In this document: positions 38,745 through 49,318 of the stretch, one piece after another
Layout of the letters: every line of letters begins with the position of its first letter
Numbering within the stretch: the stretch's first letter is position 1
NCBI GenBank assembly: GCA_964587655.1
Contig: CAZPMT010000001.1
Coordinates: 17,459 to 81,458, forward strand
Length of the DNA stretch: 64,000 nucleotides
Source of the DNA: an uncultured Nitrospiraceae bacterium
Lineage (GTDB): Bacteria > Hydrogenedentota > Hydrogenedentia > Hydrogenedentales > SLHB01
Reading direction: 5' to 3'
The notes under the pieces: generated by a model
Database searches by the model: none
The model's input: only the letters and a program-made list of their open reading frames with translations
What the model was told of the DNA's origin: nothing
Position numbers and translations under genes: made by a program

Positions 38745-39089
38745 ATGAAAACTCAACTTTGCCGTGCGGGACGGGGCCGTGACTTCACGTATCCCGTCAT
38801 CCTTGTGCTGCTTGGAGTGATGGGTTGCCTGCTGGTCTCCGTAAATGCCTTGGCGGCAACCGCCCCCTGCGTCAGTTCGTTGGGTCAGCTTCGGCAAATA
38901 AACACCAGCGGCCTTGCCGTGCATGCCATGTCAGCCGCCCTCGCACCAACCAGAGTGCTTGAGGTGCCGCCGGCGCACATCGAGGTATCGGCAGCGGCTT
39001 CATTGCCAACGACCGGCATTATTGGGCTCGCCATTGTCGCGGTAGCTTGCATCATCGCCGGCGCATTTATCATCCTCCGCCGCGAATAA
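38745..39089 (+). CDS. small secreted protein with C-terminal LPXTG-like sorting signal (SLPTTG + TM helix + RRE)
   Basis: N-terminal signal peptide; C-terminus LPTTGIIGLAIVAVACIIAGAFIILRRE; sigma70-like promoter TTGACG-N17-TACATT ~150 bp upstream. Confidence 0.4.
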   Translation: MKTQLCRAGRGRDFTYPVILVLLGVMGCLLVSVNALAATAPCVSSLGQLRQINTSGLAVHAMSAALAPTRVLEVPPAHIEVSAAASLPTTGIIGLAIVAVACIIAGAFIILRRE

Positions 39090-39266
39090 CCGGCCACAAT
39101 GCACCAACGAACAAAGACGGCGGAACGTCGAAGATCCGTGTCGGCGGGGCGGGATTGCGCTACGTTTTCGCGCCCGAGGAAGAATGAAATAGGGCCGTTG
39201 CCATTTTGAAGCGTGCGCACTTATAATAGGCGCTCTTGAAAACGGGTTTCCAGGAGGGAATCTTCC

Positions 39267-41258
39267 ATGGCTAAAGAAAGCCAGCCGTCCGTGCTCAATG
39301 GCGAAGAACTCGTCAAACAGGAAGTAATCACTCGAGAGGAACTGGCCAACGCCCACGCGCATGAAGCCGCTACGGGTACACCGTGGTACCGGCAGCTTCT
39401 CCAAACGAAGAAGATGAGCTTCGGCGCGCTCGAGGATATTCTGTTCCGCGAGTTCCATCCGCGCTCACTTCGTGACGAACATGCCCGCCTCGGCCAGACC
39501 CTCGTCAGTATCAAGGCAATCACTCAGAATCAGCTTACCCAAGCGTTGGCGGAACAAAGCCGCAGCGGACGGCTCTTGGGGAACATTCTCCTGGATCTTC
39601 GTCTCATAACGCGCGAGATGATGACGAAGGCCCTCGCCCGGCAGCACGGGATCGAATGTGCCGAATTAAAGAGCATGCCCAGCACCCCGGAAGCTCTCGA
39701 TTGTGTTCCTCGAAACGTGGCGCGCGACAACCTTATGTTGCCGGTCCGTATCGAGGGAGACAAACTAACCGTACTCATCCCCGACCCGCAGGTTCTGGAC
39801 CGTTTGCAGAAGGTCGGTATTCTGTTGGGTAAGCGGATTCATCCCGTCCTTACAACGGTGGAAGATATGGCGGCAGAGATTGCGCTCCGCTACGGAGGAG
39901 GTGTGAAGAGCCGCCCCGTCGAGGCGCCTCGCACGAAACCCGCAGTTCAGCAGATTACCAACGCAGCACAACCGCGACCGCCCAAGACGCCGGCACAGGC
40001 TGAATCGAAACCCCAACCAAAGGTGACCAAAATGGAAGAAACAAAACAAACAGCTTCAGAGAGTCAAGGGAAAGTCGATCTGAAACGTTTTGAGGAAATT
40101 GCGAGGGAAGCATCCGGCGTCCCGGTGATGAAACTTGTAACAACCATTATCGAAGGGGCGGTGAATTCAGGAGCAACGGACATCCACCTTGACCCGCAAG
40201 ACCCTGAAATGCGCGTAAGATACCGTATTGACGGCATTCTTCACGACATAATGAGTATTCCCGCCGAAGCGCAGAACGCGGTGATATCACGCATAAAGAT
40301 CATGAGCGACATGGATATCACCGAGACCCGGCATCCGCAGGACGGTCACATAAGCATGGAGGTGGCTAACCAAGAGTTCGATATCCGCGTCGCCACCCTC
40401 CCTACGTTTCTCGGCGAACGCGTTGTACTTCGCCTGCTTGACCAATCCACCGTGCTTTCCGGCATTAAAGACTTGGGTCTCGAATCGGATGATGAGAAGC
40501 GGCTTCGCAATATCATTGGCCAGCCATATGGAATGGTCCTTGTCACCGGGCCGACTGGGAGCGGTAAGACGACAACACTGTATGCCGCTCTTAATCAGAA
40601 GAACGTCATCACGGACAGTATTGTCACACTCGAGGATCCCATTGAGTATCAGCTCTCAGGCATAAACCAGGTCCAGATTGAATCGGACATTGACGTGACG
40701 TTCGCGACCACCCTGCGGGCAGCGTTACGACAGGATATTGATGTACTTCTTGTCGGTGAAATTCGCGACGTTGATACGGCGCGGATAGCAATTCGTGCTG
40801 CAATGACCGGGCACTTAGTGTTCAGCACGCTTCATACAAATGATGCACCCGAAGCTATCAGTACACTTAGAAACATGGGTATTCCGTCTTACCTAATCGC
40901 CAGTGCTCTTACCGCCGTTGTTGGCCAACGCCTTGTAAGAATGATTTGTCCTCATTGCAGAACGGAGTTTAAGCCCCCAAAGACGCTCCTTAAATCAGTC
41001 GGCTTACCCGAAACGACAAATGCGCTATTTCGAGGTGCAGGTTGTGAAGTTTGCTACCACACCGGATGTAAGGGTAGGACGGGCATATTTGAGATCTTAG
41101 AGGTGACACCCTCAATTCGGCGTATGATAGCAGTGGACGAATCAATAGAGAAGATAGCGCAAGCAGCCAAAGTTAAGACGCTTTCCGATCGATGCCGATT
41201 GAAGCTCAAGGAAGGTGTAGTAGCGCCTGAAGAGTTCTTCCGAACCATTAGAATGTGA
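39267..41258 (+). CDS. GspE/PilB-family type II secretion / type IV pilus assembly ATPase with N-terminal GspE_N domains and C-terminal tetracysteine motif
   Basis: Walker A LVTGPTGSGKTTTLYAAL; Asp box and His box regions; CPHCR...CEVCYHTGC zinc motif. Confidence 0.8.
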   Translation: MAKESQPSVLNGEELVKQEVITREELANAHAHEAATGTPWYRQLLQTKKMSFGALEDILFREFHPRSLRDEHARLGQTLVSIKAITQNQLTQALAEQSRSGRLLGNILLDLRLITREMMTKALARQHGIECAELKSMPSTPEALDCVPRNVARDNLMLPVRIEGDKLTVLIPDPQVLDRLQKVGILLGKRIHPVLTTVEDMAAEIALRYGGGVKSRPVEAPRTKPAVQQITNAAQPRPPKTPAQAESKPQPKVTKMEETKQTASESQGKVDLKRFEEIAREASGVPVMKLVTTIIEGAVNSGATDIHLDPQDPEMRVRYRIDGILHDIMSIPAEAQNAVISRIKIMSDMDITETRHPQDGHISMEVANQEFDIRVATLPTFLGERVVLRLLDQSTVLSGIKDLGLESDDEKRLRNIIGQPYGMVLVTGPTGSGKTTTLYAALNQKNVITDSIVTLEDPIEYQLSGINQVQIESDIDVTFATTLRAALRQDIDVLLVGEIRDVDTARIAIRAAMTGHLVFSTLHTNDAPEAISTLRNMGIPSYLIASALTAVVGQRLVRMICPHCRTEFKPPKTLLKSVGLPETTNALFRGAGCEVCYHTGCKGRTGIFEILEVTPSIRRMIAVDESIEKIAQAAKVKTLSDRCRLKLKEGVVAPEEFFRTIRM

Positions 41259-41259
41259 G

Positions 41260-41933
41260 TTGCTTTATATCTTATCCAAACAGCGGAGTTTGAGGCCTAG
41301 TGTCGTTCTGTTAGTAACCTGTGGAAAACTGGCCTTTTCTTCACTTTGATGGTGCTATCTTACTTGTCGCTACTAAGACGCAAGTTCCTGAAATTATTCA
41401 TGTTATCAAGTTATCAAACAGAAAGAATGGATTTTAGTATATTAACGGAACTCGTTTTACCACAGTAGTTTAACTGACAGTATCTTCTACTAGATGAAGG
41501 TTATATTCTACAGGAGATTATGGTTCCACGGGATGTGAATACATGTTGCAGTTGATTTAAGGAAATCGCCATTTCTCAACAAAAAGAGCCTTGTTGATAA
41601 CTAGAAGAAACAGTATGAAACATAAAGGTACAGCGCTTTCACGTAAATGCTGCTGTCAATATATAATAAAGGAAGCACATATCCACAGCAAAAAATGAAA
41701 AGTGGCGTTAATAAAGGTACATCAAGAGAGATGTAAAGATTGATCTACACAAAAGAGAGAAAACCTGATCAATCATTCAATAATAATCCACAATCTATCT
41801 TTCGAAATCGAAACAGGTTACAATACTTATCCAAAGATTTTCAGACACTACTACTAAGACTACTTGTTTTACATATCGTCATTGATCATAATATGCATCG
41901 CAATCCACACAGGAGAAACGAGGGAGACTTAGA
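41260..41933. other. 670-bp AT-rich non-coding region with six DnaA-box-like 9-mers (TTATCCACA, at most 1 mismatch) immediately upstream of dnaN; candidate oriC
   Basis: boxes at 41272-41280 (TTATCCAAA), 41320-41328 (rc TTTTCCACA), 41679-41687 (ATATCCACA), 41784-41792 (TAATCCACA), 41827-41835 (TTATCCAAA), 41901-41909 (CAATCCACA); GC ~37% vs ~65% for the window. Confidence 0.4.
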
Positions 41934-43040
41934 ATGAAGATACATATTCCACGTCAGGATCTTCTTGACAAGGTAAATCAGGTGAAGACGGTTGTTTCAT
42001 CTAAGTCGGCGCTCCCGATTCTCTCTCACATTCTCATGGAAACACAGGAGAGCGCCGTTCGTCTTTCGGCAACTGATTTGAAAGTGAGTATTGAGTCCGT
42101 TGCTGATTGCTCAGTTGATGAAGCAGGTTCTCTTACGGTTTCTTCTCAGCGCTTAGCGATGATTCTTGCCGAGCTTCCAAATGCTGACATTACGTTGGAA
42201 CTGGCAAAGAACAATGTTGTTACTCTTACGTGTGGAAGAATTAAGACGAAGTTGTTTAGTATGGCGCCGGAGGAATTTCCGCCACTAAGAACATTTGATA
42301 ATATCGAGCCGTTGGTATTATCGCAATCGATGCTTTGTGGTATGTTCGCAAAGACGTCTTTCGCTATATGCTCCGATCAAGCTCGCTATAACTTGACGGG
42401 GATTCTTTTCGAGATTAAAGATGGAAGATTGATTGTTGTAGCGACGGATGGGCGTCGGATGAGTCTTTGTGTGGAAACAGATGGAGTGCCAAAGGGTGTA
42501 AATGTAAAGGTTATTATTCCAGGGAAAATGGTAGCTGAACTTGAACGCCTATTGGGTAGCGATGGTGATGTCTCCGTTTATATCGATGAGTCGCAAACAG
42601 CATTCGCGTTTAATTCAGCGCGCTTGGTCACAGCCCTTATAGAAGGCAACTTTCCTAACTATGAGATGGTGGTTCCAAAAAAGCATGACAAGGAAGTATT
42701 AATAAGTACCGCTGTCTTAACAGAAGCAGTTCGTCGTACGCGGACAATGACGAACGATAAGTTTAACTCGGTGCGATTTGTTCTTGTAAGTGGTTCAATG
42801 ACGTTGAAGGTAGTCACGCCCGAAGTAGGTGAGTACGAGGAAGAAATCCCTGTCGAATATGATGGAGAAAGAGTTGAGATTGCCTTTAACCCTGATTTTG
42901 TTCTCGATATTCTTCGCCATATAGAGACGGAAATGCTCTGTCTTATTCTAAAGGATACGACAAGCCCTGGTGTCGTGAAACCATATGCCGAAGCGCCTCT
43001 TGATTCCTATGTCAATGTAATTATGCCTATTCGGCTGTAA
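41934..43040 (+). CDS. dnaN: DNA polymerase III beta subunit (sliding clamp)
   Basis: MKIHIPRQDLLDKVNQVKTVVSSKSALPILSHILMETQ... three-domain beta-clamp pattern, 368 aa; strong RBS AGGAGAAACGAGGGAG. Confidence 0.85.
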   Translation: MKIHIPRQDLLDKVNQVKTVVSSKSALPILSHILMETQESAVRLSATDLKVSIESVADCSVDEAGSLTVSSQRLAMILAELPNADITLELAKNNVVTLTCGRIKTKLFSMAPEEFPPLRTFDNIEPLVLSQSMLCGMFAKTSFAICSDQARYNLTGILFEIKDGRLIVVATDGRRMSLCVETDGVPKGVNVKVIIPGKMVAELERLLGSDGDVSVYIDESQTAFAFNSARLVTALIEGNFPNYEMVVPKKHDKEVLISTAVLTEAVRRTRTMTNDKFNSVRFVLVSGSMTLKVVTPEVGEYEEEIPVEYDGERVEIAFNPDFVLDILRHIETEMLCLILKDTTSPGVVKPYAEAPLDSYVNVIMPIRL

Positions 43041-43044
43041 CTTA

Positions 43045-44304
43045 TCATGATGATTGATCTGAACTATTGCTGCTTTTCAACATGTTTGCAATTGTAGCGG
43101 CAAATTTTGCTATTATCTTTTCCCGTTCATAGAAATCCGCTTGCTTAAGTGTATTTAGCTGCCATTCCAAGATAGTGTCTGTCTTCTCAGCTATTTCCAT
43201 TAGTAAGACTGACATCTGCTGCGCTGTCTTCCAATCGATACAGGGGCCGAGATTATTATCGCGTATTTCGCAACCAAGAGGACTGTCTGCATCACATACC
43301 GCCAATATGGGAGTACCGGATGTAATTCCCGCAATTATTTTGGAAGGAATGAACGAACTCTTACTTGCACCCTTTTCCGTGATTACAAACAAATCGGTTT
43401 TATGTAGTGCAGCCGCAAACGCTGACTCATCCAAGAAAGGCCCAAATGTAAAGCGTGAATCTTGTACAGCATCAATCCAAGACTCAACCGAGAATGCTTC
43501 AGATCCATTTCCATAAACTGCAAACTCAAACGGCATGGTGCTCTTCTGTAACATCTTACAAAAACAAAGTAGGTCCTGTTTTTCGCCTATATTCCCTGCA
43601 TATAGAAGACGGATAGGTTGATTAGGTGAACGCCCAATCTTAGACGGCAGTTTACGAATCTCCTCCGCCAACGAAGCATTAAGCCAATTCGGCAGATATA
43701 GAATTTGCTGATTTCGCTGGCGAAACTGCTCTAATCGCGTAACCATAGCCGGTGATATTGTGCTCCAGACATCTGCTCGGTTGAATAGAAATCGTTGCAC
43801 TGAATCTAAGATCCCCGGAACAAACTTTCCTGTTGCAATGCCGCTTGCCGCTGCGGCATCTGCCGAAAGATCCTGCACATTAAGCCAGAGCGGCTTACCA
43901 TAAATGAGCTTGTTTATTGCTGCAAAACCCACGGCGCCGACAAGTGGACAATAGGTCATAACCAGATCGAAAGCTCGTCCGCCTGGAAGAGACCTAATCA
44001 ATGACAGAAAGAACGATGCTTCATAGAAAAGCCGTTGAACAAAGGAACCGGGCTTGCTTGGAATGAAGATTCCATAACGTTCGACATGTACGCCCTTTTC
44101 CTCATATCGTTGAACTCTCAACCCATTCTTCCCGCTCTTATCCTTCCATTCCGGATAGTATGGATAGACACAACGAACTGTAACATCGTAGCCGCGTTCG
44201 ACCAGTCCATAACAAAGGTCGCTGAAGATTGCACCTCCCCCGCCCCGATCGGGGCTGAACACATTGACAATAATGAGCAGGCGCGGCTTGTCTCTTGTGA
44301 CCAT
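43045..44304 (-). CDS. glycosyltransferase family 4 protein (WbuB-like); low-GC (~43%)
   Basis: Glyco_trans_4-like N-terminus (LLIIVNVFSPDRGGGG) and GT1-type C-terminal domain. Confidence 0.75.
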   Translation of the reverse strand: MVTRDKPRLLIIVNVFSPDRGGGGAIFSDLCYGLVERGYDVTVRCVYPYYPEWKDKSGKNGLRVQRYEEKGVHVERYGIFIPSKPGSFVQRLFYEASFFLSLIRSLPGGRAFDLVMTYCPLVGAVGFAAINKLIYGKPLWLNVQDLSADAAAASGIATGKFVPGILDSVQRFLFNRADVWSTISPAMVTRLEQFRQRNQQILYLPNWLNASLAEEIRKLPSKIGRSPNQPIRLLYAGNIGEKQDLLCFCKMLQKSTMPFEFAVYGNGSEAFSVESWIDAVQDSRFTFGPFLDESAFAAALHKTDLFVITEKGASKSSFIPSKIIAGITSGTPILAVCDADSPLGCEIRDNNLGPCIDWKTAQQMSVLLMEIAEKTDTILEWQLNTLKQADFYEREKIIAKFAATIANMLKSSNSSDQSS

Positions 44305-44461
44305 GAATCTTCCTTAACCTGTATGTCGATTCAAGCAAGCTCTATTCTTACAGACGGACGTGGCTCTCGTCCATGTTTGGATCGCCATAACTATTCTGCA
44401 TTTCAATCGACGGTTGATTTTTGCTAGAGTACATTATAATCGGGTTCAGGAGGATATAGTG

Positions 44462-45637
44462 ATGACAGTGACCATTCTTGCAGTCCTGCTAGCCGTTGCA
44501 GGCGCGGATAGTAACGCAGCCGCCCAAAAGGCAACAACCGCGGAGGAAACGTCAATGCTGAAGTTTGAAAAGATACGCATCGGAACCGTGACCTATGAAG
44601 CCGGCGCGGTATTTGACGTAAACAATGACGGTATTCTCGATATCGTCTCGGGTGAGTACTGGTTTGAAGGGCCGGACTTCCAAAAACAGCACAAGATCTG
44701 CGATATCCAACGGGTGGACGATTACTACGACGACTTCAGCGACTATCCTATCGATGTCAACGGCGACGGGTATCTCGACATCGTCACCGGCGGCTGGTGG
44801 GGCGAGACGCTTCGCTGGCGTGAGAACCCGAAAGGACAGATCGTCGAATGGAAGGCCCATGACATCGGTAAGACAGGCAGTATTGAGCGCGCCTGCTTTT
44901 GGGACATCGATGGCGATGGAAACGTGGAGGTCGTGCCTAACTGCCCAGGAAAGCCATTCGTCGCGTTTAAGCTTGACCGCGATGCAGCCGGAAAAGGCGC
45001 GGGAACGTTCAAGAGATTCGTGTTGTCTGATATTCCTCAGGGTCATGGTCTCGGTTTCGGAGACATATCCGGAAGCGGACGCGGGGACATCGTCAGTGCC
45101 GGCGGATGGCTTGAAGCGCCGGCCGACCGATGGAATGGCAAGTGGGAATGGCATCCCGAATTCAATTTTGGCGGCGCCAGTGTGCCTATCCTGGTCCATG
45201 ATGTAAACGGTGATGGGCTCAACGACATCATCGTAGGCCAGGGCCACGACTATGGTCTCGCGTGGTGGGAACAGCGCAAGGACGGCGAGGGCAAGCGCAC
45301 CTGGATTAAGCACGACATCGATCCGAACCGCTCGCAGTATCACGATATGCAGTTGGTCGACATTGACAACGACGGCCAACTGGAACTGATTACCGGCAAG
45401 AGGTACCGTGCGCATCAGGAGAACGATCCCGGTTCGCTCGACCCGATCGGAATCTACTATTTTAAGATCAACGGCGGCAACTTCGTCCGAAACACGATCG
45501 ACTATGGACCCGCCGGAAAAGCCAGCGGCGCCGGCATATACTTCTGGGTACAGGACATCGACGGCAACGGATGGAAAGACGTCCTTGCCCCAGGCAAAGA
45601 CGGATTGTTCTTGTTTAAGAATCTCGGCCCGAAATAG
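44462..45637 (+). CDS. secreted FG-GAP repeat (integrin-alpha-like beta-propeller) protein
   Basis: signal peptide MTVTILAVLLAVAGA; repeated DxNxDGxxDIV FG-GAP motifs; GGAGGA RBS. Confidence 0.6.
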   Translation: MTVTILAVLLAVAGADSNAAAQKATTAEETSMLKFEKIRIGTVTYEAGAVFDVNNDGILDIVSGEYWFEGPDFQKQHKICDIQRVDDYYDDFSDYPIDVNGDGYLDIVTGGWWGETLRWRENPKGQIVEWKAHDIGKTGSIERACFWDIDGDGNVEVVPNCPGKPFVAFKLDRDAAGKGAGTFKRFVLSDIPQGHGLGFGDISGSGRGDIVSAGGWLEAPADRWNGKWEWHPEFNFGGASVPILVHDVNGDGLNDIIVGQGHDYGLAWWEQRKDGEGKRTWIKHDIDPNRSQYHDMQLVDIDNDGQLELITGKRYRAHQENDPGSLDPIGIYYFKINGGNFVRNTIDYGPAGKASGAGIYFWVQDIDGNGWKDVLAPGKDGLFLFKNLGPK

Positions 45638-45653
45638 ATCGACGGATAGGAAT

Positions 45654-46898
45654 TCAGAATACAGAATGGCCCGTCGTCGCGGTCTTGTAGATTTCTTCTA
45701 GACCATTCATGTGGCTCTCAGGGTCGTGGTTGGCGCGGACTCGTTCCCGTGCGGCCATTCCCATCTCGCGCAGGCGATGTTTATCTCGGGCAAGCTCACG
45801 AAGCGCATCCGCGAGGGACTCGGCGTCTCCTGGGCGAAAAAGGCGTCCAACGCTGTCGTCGACCAATTCCGGGAGGCCGCCAATCGAGCTGGCCGCGACG
45901 GGCTTACCTAGCGCCATTGCCTCGACTATTGCGTATGGCTGGTTCTCGTACCACTCCGACGGCACGATCACGAGACGGGCGCCACGGATCAGGTCAAAGA
46001 GTTCCTTGCCCTTCTTGTATCCAACCCGGTGAACGCCCCTGAGGCCGCGCTCCGCGATTGCGCGATCCAGCCCGCTCTCTTCGGGGCCGGTTCCGGCGAT
46101 GACCAGTGGGATATCCACGCCCATCCGCTCGTACGCCGTCAGCAGAGTGTACACGCCTTTGTGCTTGAGAAGCTGGCCGAAAAACAGGAGATAATCGCCG
46201 GGATCGAATTGCGGCTTGTATGCGGATGCGTCCAGAAAGTTGTTGAGGTGATCGATTGGCGGCATAGGAAGACCGAACGATTCAACCTTCTCCTTGAGGA
46301 AGTGCGAAGGAGAGATGAAACGATCGACCCCGTTCGGGTAAAGGCCGAACATCGTATGGACCACCTTGGCGGTGAAGGCCAGGAAGCTCGCGGACGCGCT
46401 GTCGTTGTAACACCGGTTTTTCAGAATGCTGAGAAACCGGCGGGGCCGGCACTCCTCGCACACGCGGCCATGCGTGAACAGCACGTTATTGGCGCACACC
46501 GGCTGGTAATCGTGGAGCGTTTGGACGACGGGCACGCCCGCGCGGCGCGCCGCGAGAATCACTGAAGGCGAAAGCTGATAGAACAGGTTTTGGCAGTGCA
46601 CCACATCCGGACGGAACTCGGAGATCGCCTTTGCCATTACGGCGGCTGCGCCTCGATGGTAAACCCCGTGCACGTATGCCGCGAGTCGCTCGCCCGCGCC
46701 CGCACCCTTCCACGTCTTGTTGGTCAATCCGGCCGGAACCGTATACAGGGGATAGTTCGCCGGCAAGTTGTCGGGCTGGTCCATGGACAGGAAGGCGGCT
46801 TCGTGTCCGTGGCGCGTCAACAGACATGCGAGGTCCAACGCATATCGGTCGGCGCCGCCTGTCAGTTTGTGATACTTGTTGACGACGAGGACTCTCAC
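45654..46898 (-). CDS. glycosyltransferase family 4 protein
   Basis: GT4 architecture; EX7E-like C-terminal motif region; MRVLVVNKYHKLTGGADRY N-terminus. Confidence 0.75.
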   Translation of the reverse strand: MRVLVVNKYHKLTGGADRYALDLACLLTRHGHEAAFLSMDQPDNLPANYPLYTVPAGLTNKTWKGAGAGERLAAYVHGVYHRGAAAVMAKAISEFRPDVVHCQNLFYQLSPSVILAARRAGVPVVQTLHDYQPVCANNVLFTHGRVCEECRPRRFLSILKNRCYNDSASASFLAFTAKVVHTMFGLYPNGVDRFISPSHFLKEKVESFGLPMPPIDHLNNFLDASAYKPQFDPGDYLLFFGQLLKHKGVYTLLTAYERMGVDIPLVIAGTGPEESGLDRAIAERGLRGVHRVGYKKGKELFDLIRGARLVIVPSEWYENQPYAIVEAMALGKPVAASSIGGLPELVDDSVGRLFRPGDAESLADALRELARDKHRLREMGMAARERVRANHDPESHMNGLEEIYKTATTGHSVF

Positions 46899-48094
46899 GG
46901 ACGCGTTTCCCTTCGCCGGCTCGCGATGACCTCCTGATAAACGTTGATCGTCTCAATGGAGATCGAATCCCAATTCAGTTTCTTCTCGATCAGCTCGCGT
47001 GAGCGGCGGCCCTTTGCGCTTCGCAGTTCGTCGTTCGAGACGAGCGCCGTCACGGCTTCCGCCAATGCGGGCGCGCTGCCACGTTCGAACAGGATGCCGT
47101 TCTCGTTTTCGACCGAATACAGGGCGTACTCGCGATCCGGCAACACCAGCGGCAACCCGCAGCTTGCCGCCTCGAGCACGGTGATCGACCAGTCGCCCGG
47201 CCACACGCCAATGTCCGCGGCGCTATAGAACGAAGACAGTTCGCCGTTGTCGACAAATGGGATCCAGGTCACGTGTTTGGCTATGCCGCGTCGCGCGATG
47301 ATCCCTTCGAGTTCCGCGCGGTATTCGGGCGGCGCGTTTCCGACTATCAGCAAATGTGCGCGCGGATCGCGCCTCACGACCTCCGCCATTGCCTCGATCA
47401 ACACATGATTGTCCTTGTTTCGCGTGATCTTCCCCGCGTTCACGATCACGACTGCTTCCGGCGGAATGCCTAAGCGCGCGCGGACGGCGGCGCCCCGCTC
47501 GGAATCGCGTTTGAACCGCTCGGGATCCGCCCCAAGGTGGACAAGCGTCGTCAGCCGCTCCTCGATGCCGAATTCCTCTCGAACGAGCCGCCGAACTTCG
47601 TGCGACATCGGCATGACGCGGCCCACGCTGCCTATCCACAACGGACGCAGCACGCGACGAAAGATCCCGTAGAAGATCCTTTTCTGAAAAGTATATGGCT
47701 GGATGTTGAAGTAATTGTTGTGATCGTCGAGCACCAGCGGATAACGCCGCCGCCGGTTGCCCGCGAGAACTTGCCAGGTCGGGATCGTTATTACATTATG
47801 GGCGTGGATGATATCCGGCGCCTGGGCCTCGATCTCACGCCAGAGACCCCTGAGATAGACCCAGTTATGCGCGCGCCAGTGAGTGGGACTCGGCAAACGG
47901 ACCAGCATAACACCGTTGACCTCCTCGCGCGCGGCCCCCACTTGGCGATCTCTCACGAGCGCCGCCCCGGAAGGCATACGATCCGAAGCGATTATCGAGA
48001 CCTGATGGCCGCGCCGCGCCTGTGCGGGCGCGAGGCAGTTTTCCTGATAGCCCATTTCGCCTTGGTAAAAACTGGTTACGTGCAGGATCTTCAT
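46895..48094 (-). CDS. glycosyltransferase family 4 protein
   Basis: MKILHVTSFYQGEMGYQE N-terminus, GT4 fold; 4-nt overlap with the downstream GT4. Confidence 0.7.
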   Translation of the reverse strand: MKILHVTSFYQGEMGYQENCLAPAQARRGHQVSIIASDRMPSGAALVRDRQVGAAREEVNGVMLVRLPSPTHWRAHNWVYLRGLWREIEAQAPDIIHAHNVITIPTWQVLAGNRRRRYPLVLDDHNNYFNIQPYTFQKRIFYGIFRRVLRPLWIGSVGRVMPMSHEVRRLVREEFGIEERLTTLVHLGADPERFKRDSERGAAVRARLGIPPEAVVIVNAGKITRNKDNHVLIEAMAEVVRRDPRAHLLIVGNAPPEYRAELEGIIARRGIAKHVTWIPFVDNGELSSFYSAADIGVWPGDWSITVLEAASCGLPLVLPDREYALYSVENENGILFERGSAPALAEAVTALVSNDELRSAKGRRSRELIEKKLNWDSISIETINVYQEVIASRRRETRP

Positions 48095-48342
48095 GGTGTT
48101 GACCAAGTATCTGACGCGGAATCGCCTCAACGGCGGCACGGCGGTTCACTCTGGAGCGTGGGCTATCAACGCCAGTTCGGAGAACATCTCCGGCCAAAGT
48201 CGTGCAAACTTGTCGTCGATTGCGCGTCCGAAGAGACGCGGCCCAACGTAGTATCCCAACTTTTCCACACCCGCAAAACCGCAGTACAGGCGTTCTTCGC
48301 TGGTCACCATGAGTCTCGTCTCAATATGGTCCCCATCAGCCC

Positions 48343-49236
48343 CTACAACAGCCCTGAGCGTTCCAGGGCCTTGGCGAAGATTCTCTTTTCGACGGCGGTG
48401 AGTTCGCGTTGCGGCGGACGTACCGCGCCGGCGTCAAAACCGCGCAAACGGAGACCTTCCTTGTAGTACGCCACCATGCGCCCGTATTGGAACAGGTTGC
48501 ACGCATGAGCAAGTTTCACTTGGCCTTGCCACGCTTTTTTCAGATCTCCCTTCCGGACGCTGTTGAAGATCCCCAGGAATAACTCAGGGACTGCGTTAGC
48601 CGTACTCGACACGGATCCGTTTGCGCCCGCGACCAGCGCCTGGAACGTGTACTCGTCCACGCCGTTGATGACGTTGAATCCCTTCGGGACGCTCGCAAGG
48701 ATCCGCGTGAGCGCGGACATATCGCTGCTGCTGTCTTTCATGCCGATGATATTTTCGAAGCGCTGGGCCAGTGAGCAGATTAACGCAGGCGACAGCCAGT
48801 TCCTCGCGCAACCGGGAATGTTATAGAGGAGGATCGGAAAACCCTTTGCCGCGTTCGCCACGGCCCCGTAATGCGCCGCTAACGCCGCATCGTCGTAGGC
48901 ATAGAAACCAGGCGCCACTACGCCGGCGGCGGCCGCGCCCGATTCCATTGCGTGCCGCGTCAGCTCGATTGTGGACGCGGTGTCGAGACAACCCGTTTGC
49001 GCGATTACTTTGAGACGTTTGCCAGCCGCCGCCACGACCGTCTCGATAAGCCTCTTACGTTCATCGAGTGTCATGAGCATGCCCTCGCCGGTGGTGCCGC
49101 CAGGGAACAGGCCGTGCACGCCCTGGCCGGCGAGCCGCGCCGCGAGCGCGCCCGCTTTCTCATAGTCAACCAGTTTTCCGTTCTTCGTGAAAGGGGTCAA
49201 CAGCGCGGGGATTACACCTTCGAGATGAAACTTCAT
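48343..49236 (-). CDS. DapA/NAL-family class I aldolase (4-hydroxy-tetrahydrodipicolinate synthase / N-acetylneuraminate lyase family)
   Basis: MKFHLEGVIPALLTPFTKNG...GVHGLFPGGTTGEG; Schiff-base lysine region; start at ATG 49236 with GGAGGT RBS. Confidence 0.7.
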   Translation of the reverse strand: MKFHLEGVIPALLTPFTKNGKLVDYEKAGALAARLAGQGVHGLFPGGTTGEGMLMTLDERKRLIETVVAAAGKRLKVIAQTGCLDTASTIELTRHAMESGAAAAGVVAPGFYAYDDAALAAHYGAVANAAKGFPILLYNIPGCARNWLSPALICSLAQRFENIIGMKDSSSDMSALTRILASVPKGFNVINGVDEYTFQALVAGANGSVSSTANAVPELFLGIFNSVRKGDLKKAWQGQVKLAHACNLFQYGRMVAYYKEGLRLRGFDAGAVRPPQRELTAVEKRIFAKALERSGLL

Positions 49237-49275
49237 GGTTACCTCCATTCGGCAAATCGTCAAGATTACTCTATA

Positions 49276-49299
49276 GACAAGGGGTTGCAACTCCTTGTC
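49276..49299. repeat. 24-bp palindrome GACAAGGGGTTGCAACTCCTTGTC (copy 4, one mismatch)
   Basis: 20 bp after the stop of the lipoprotein gene (49319) and ~40 bp before the DapA-family start (49236). Confidence 0.8.
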
Positions 49300-49318
49300 T
49301 TGGTTTCGGGTCTGTGCG

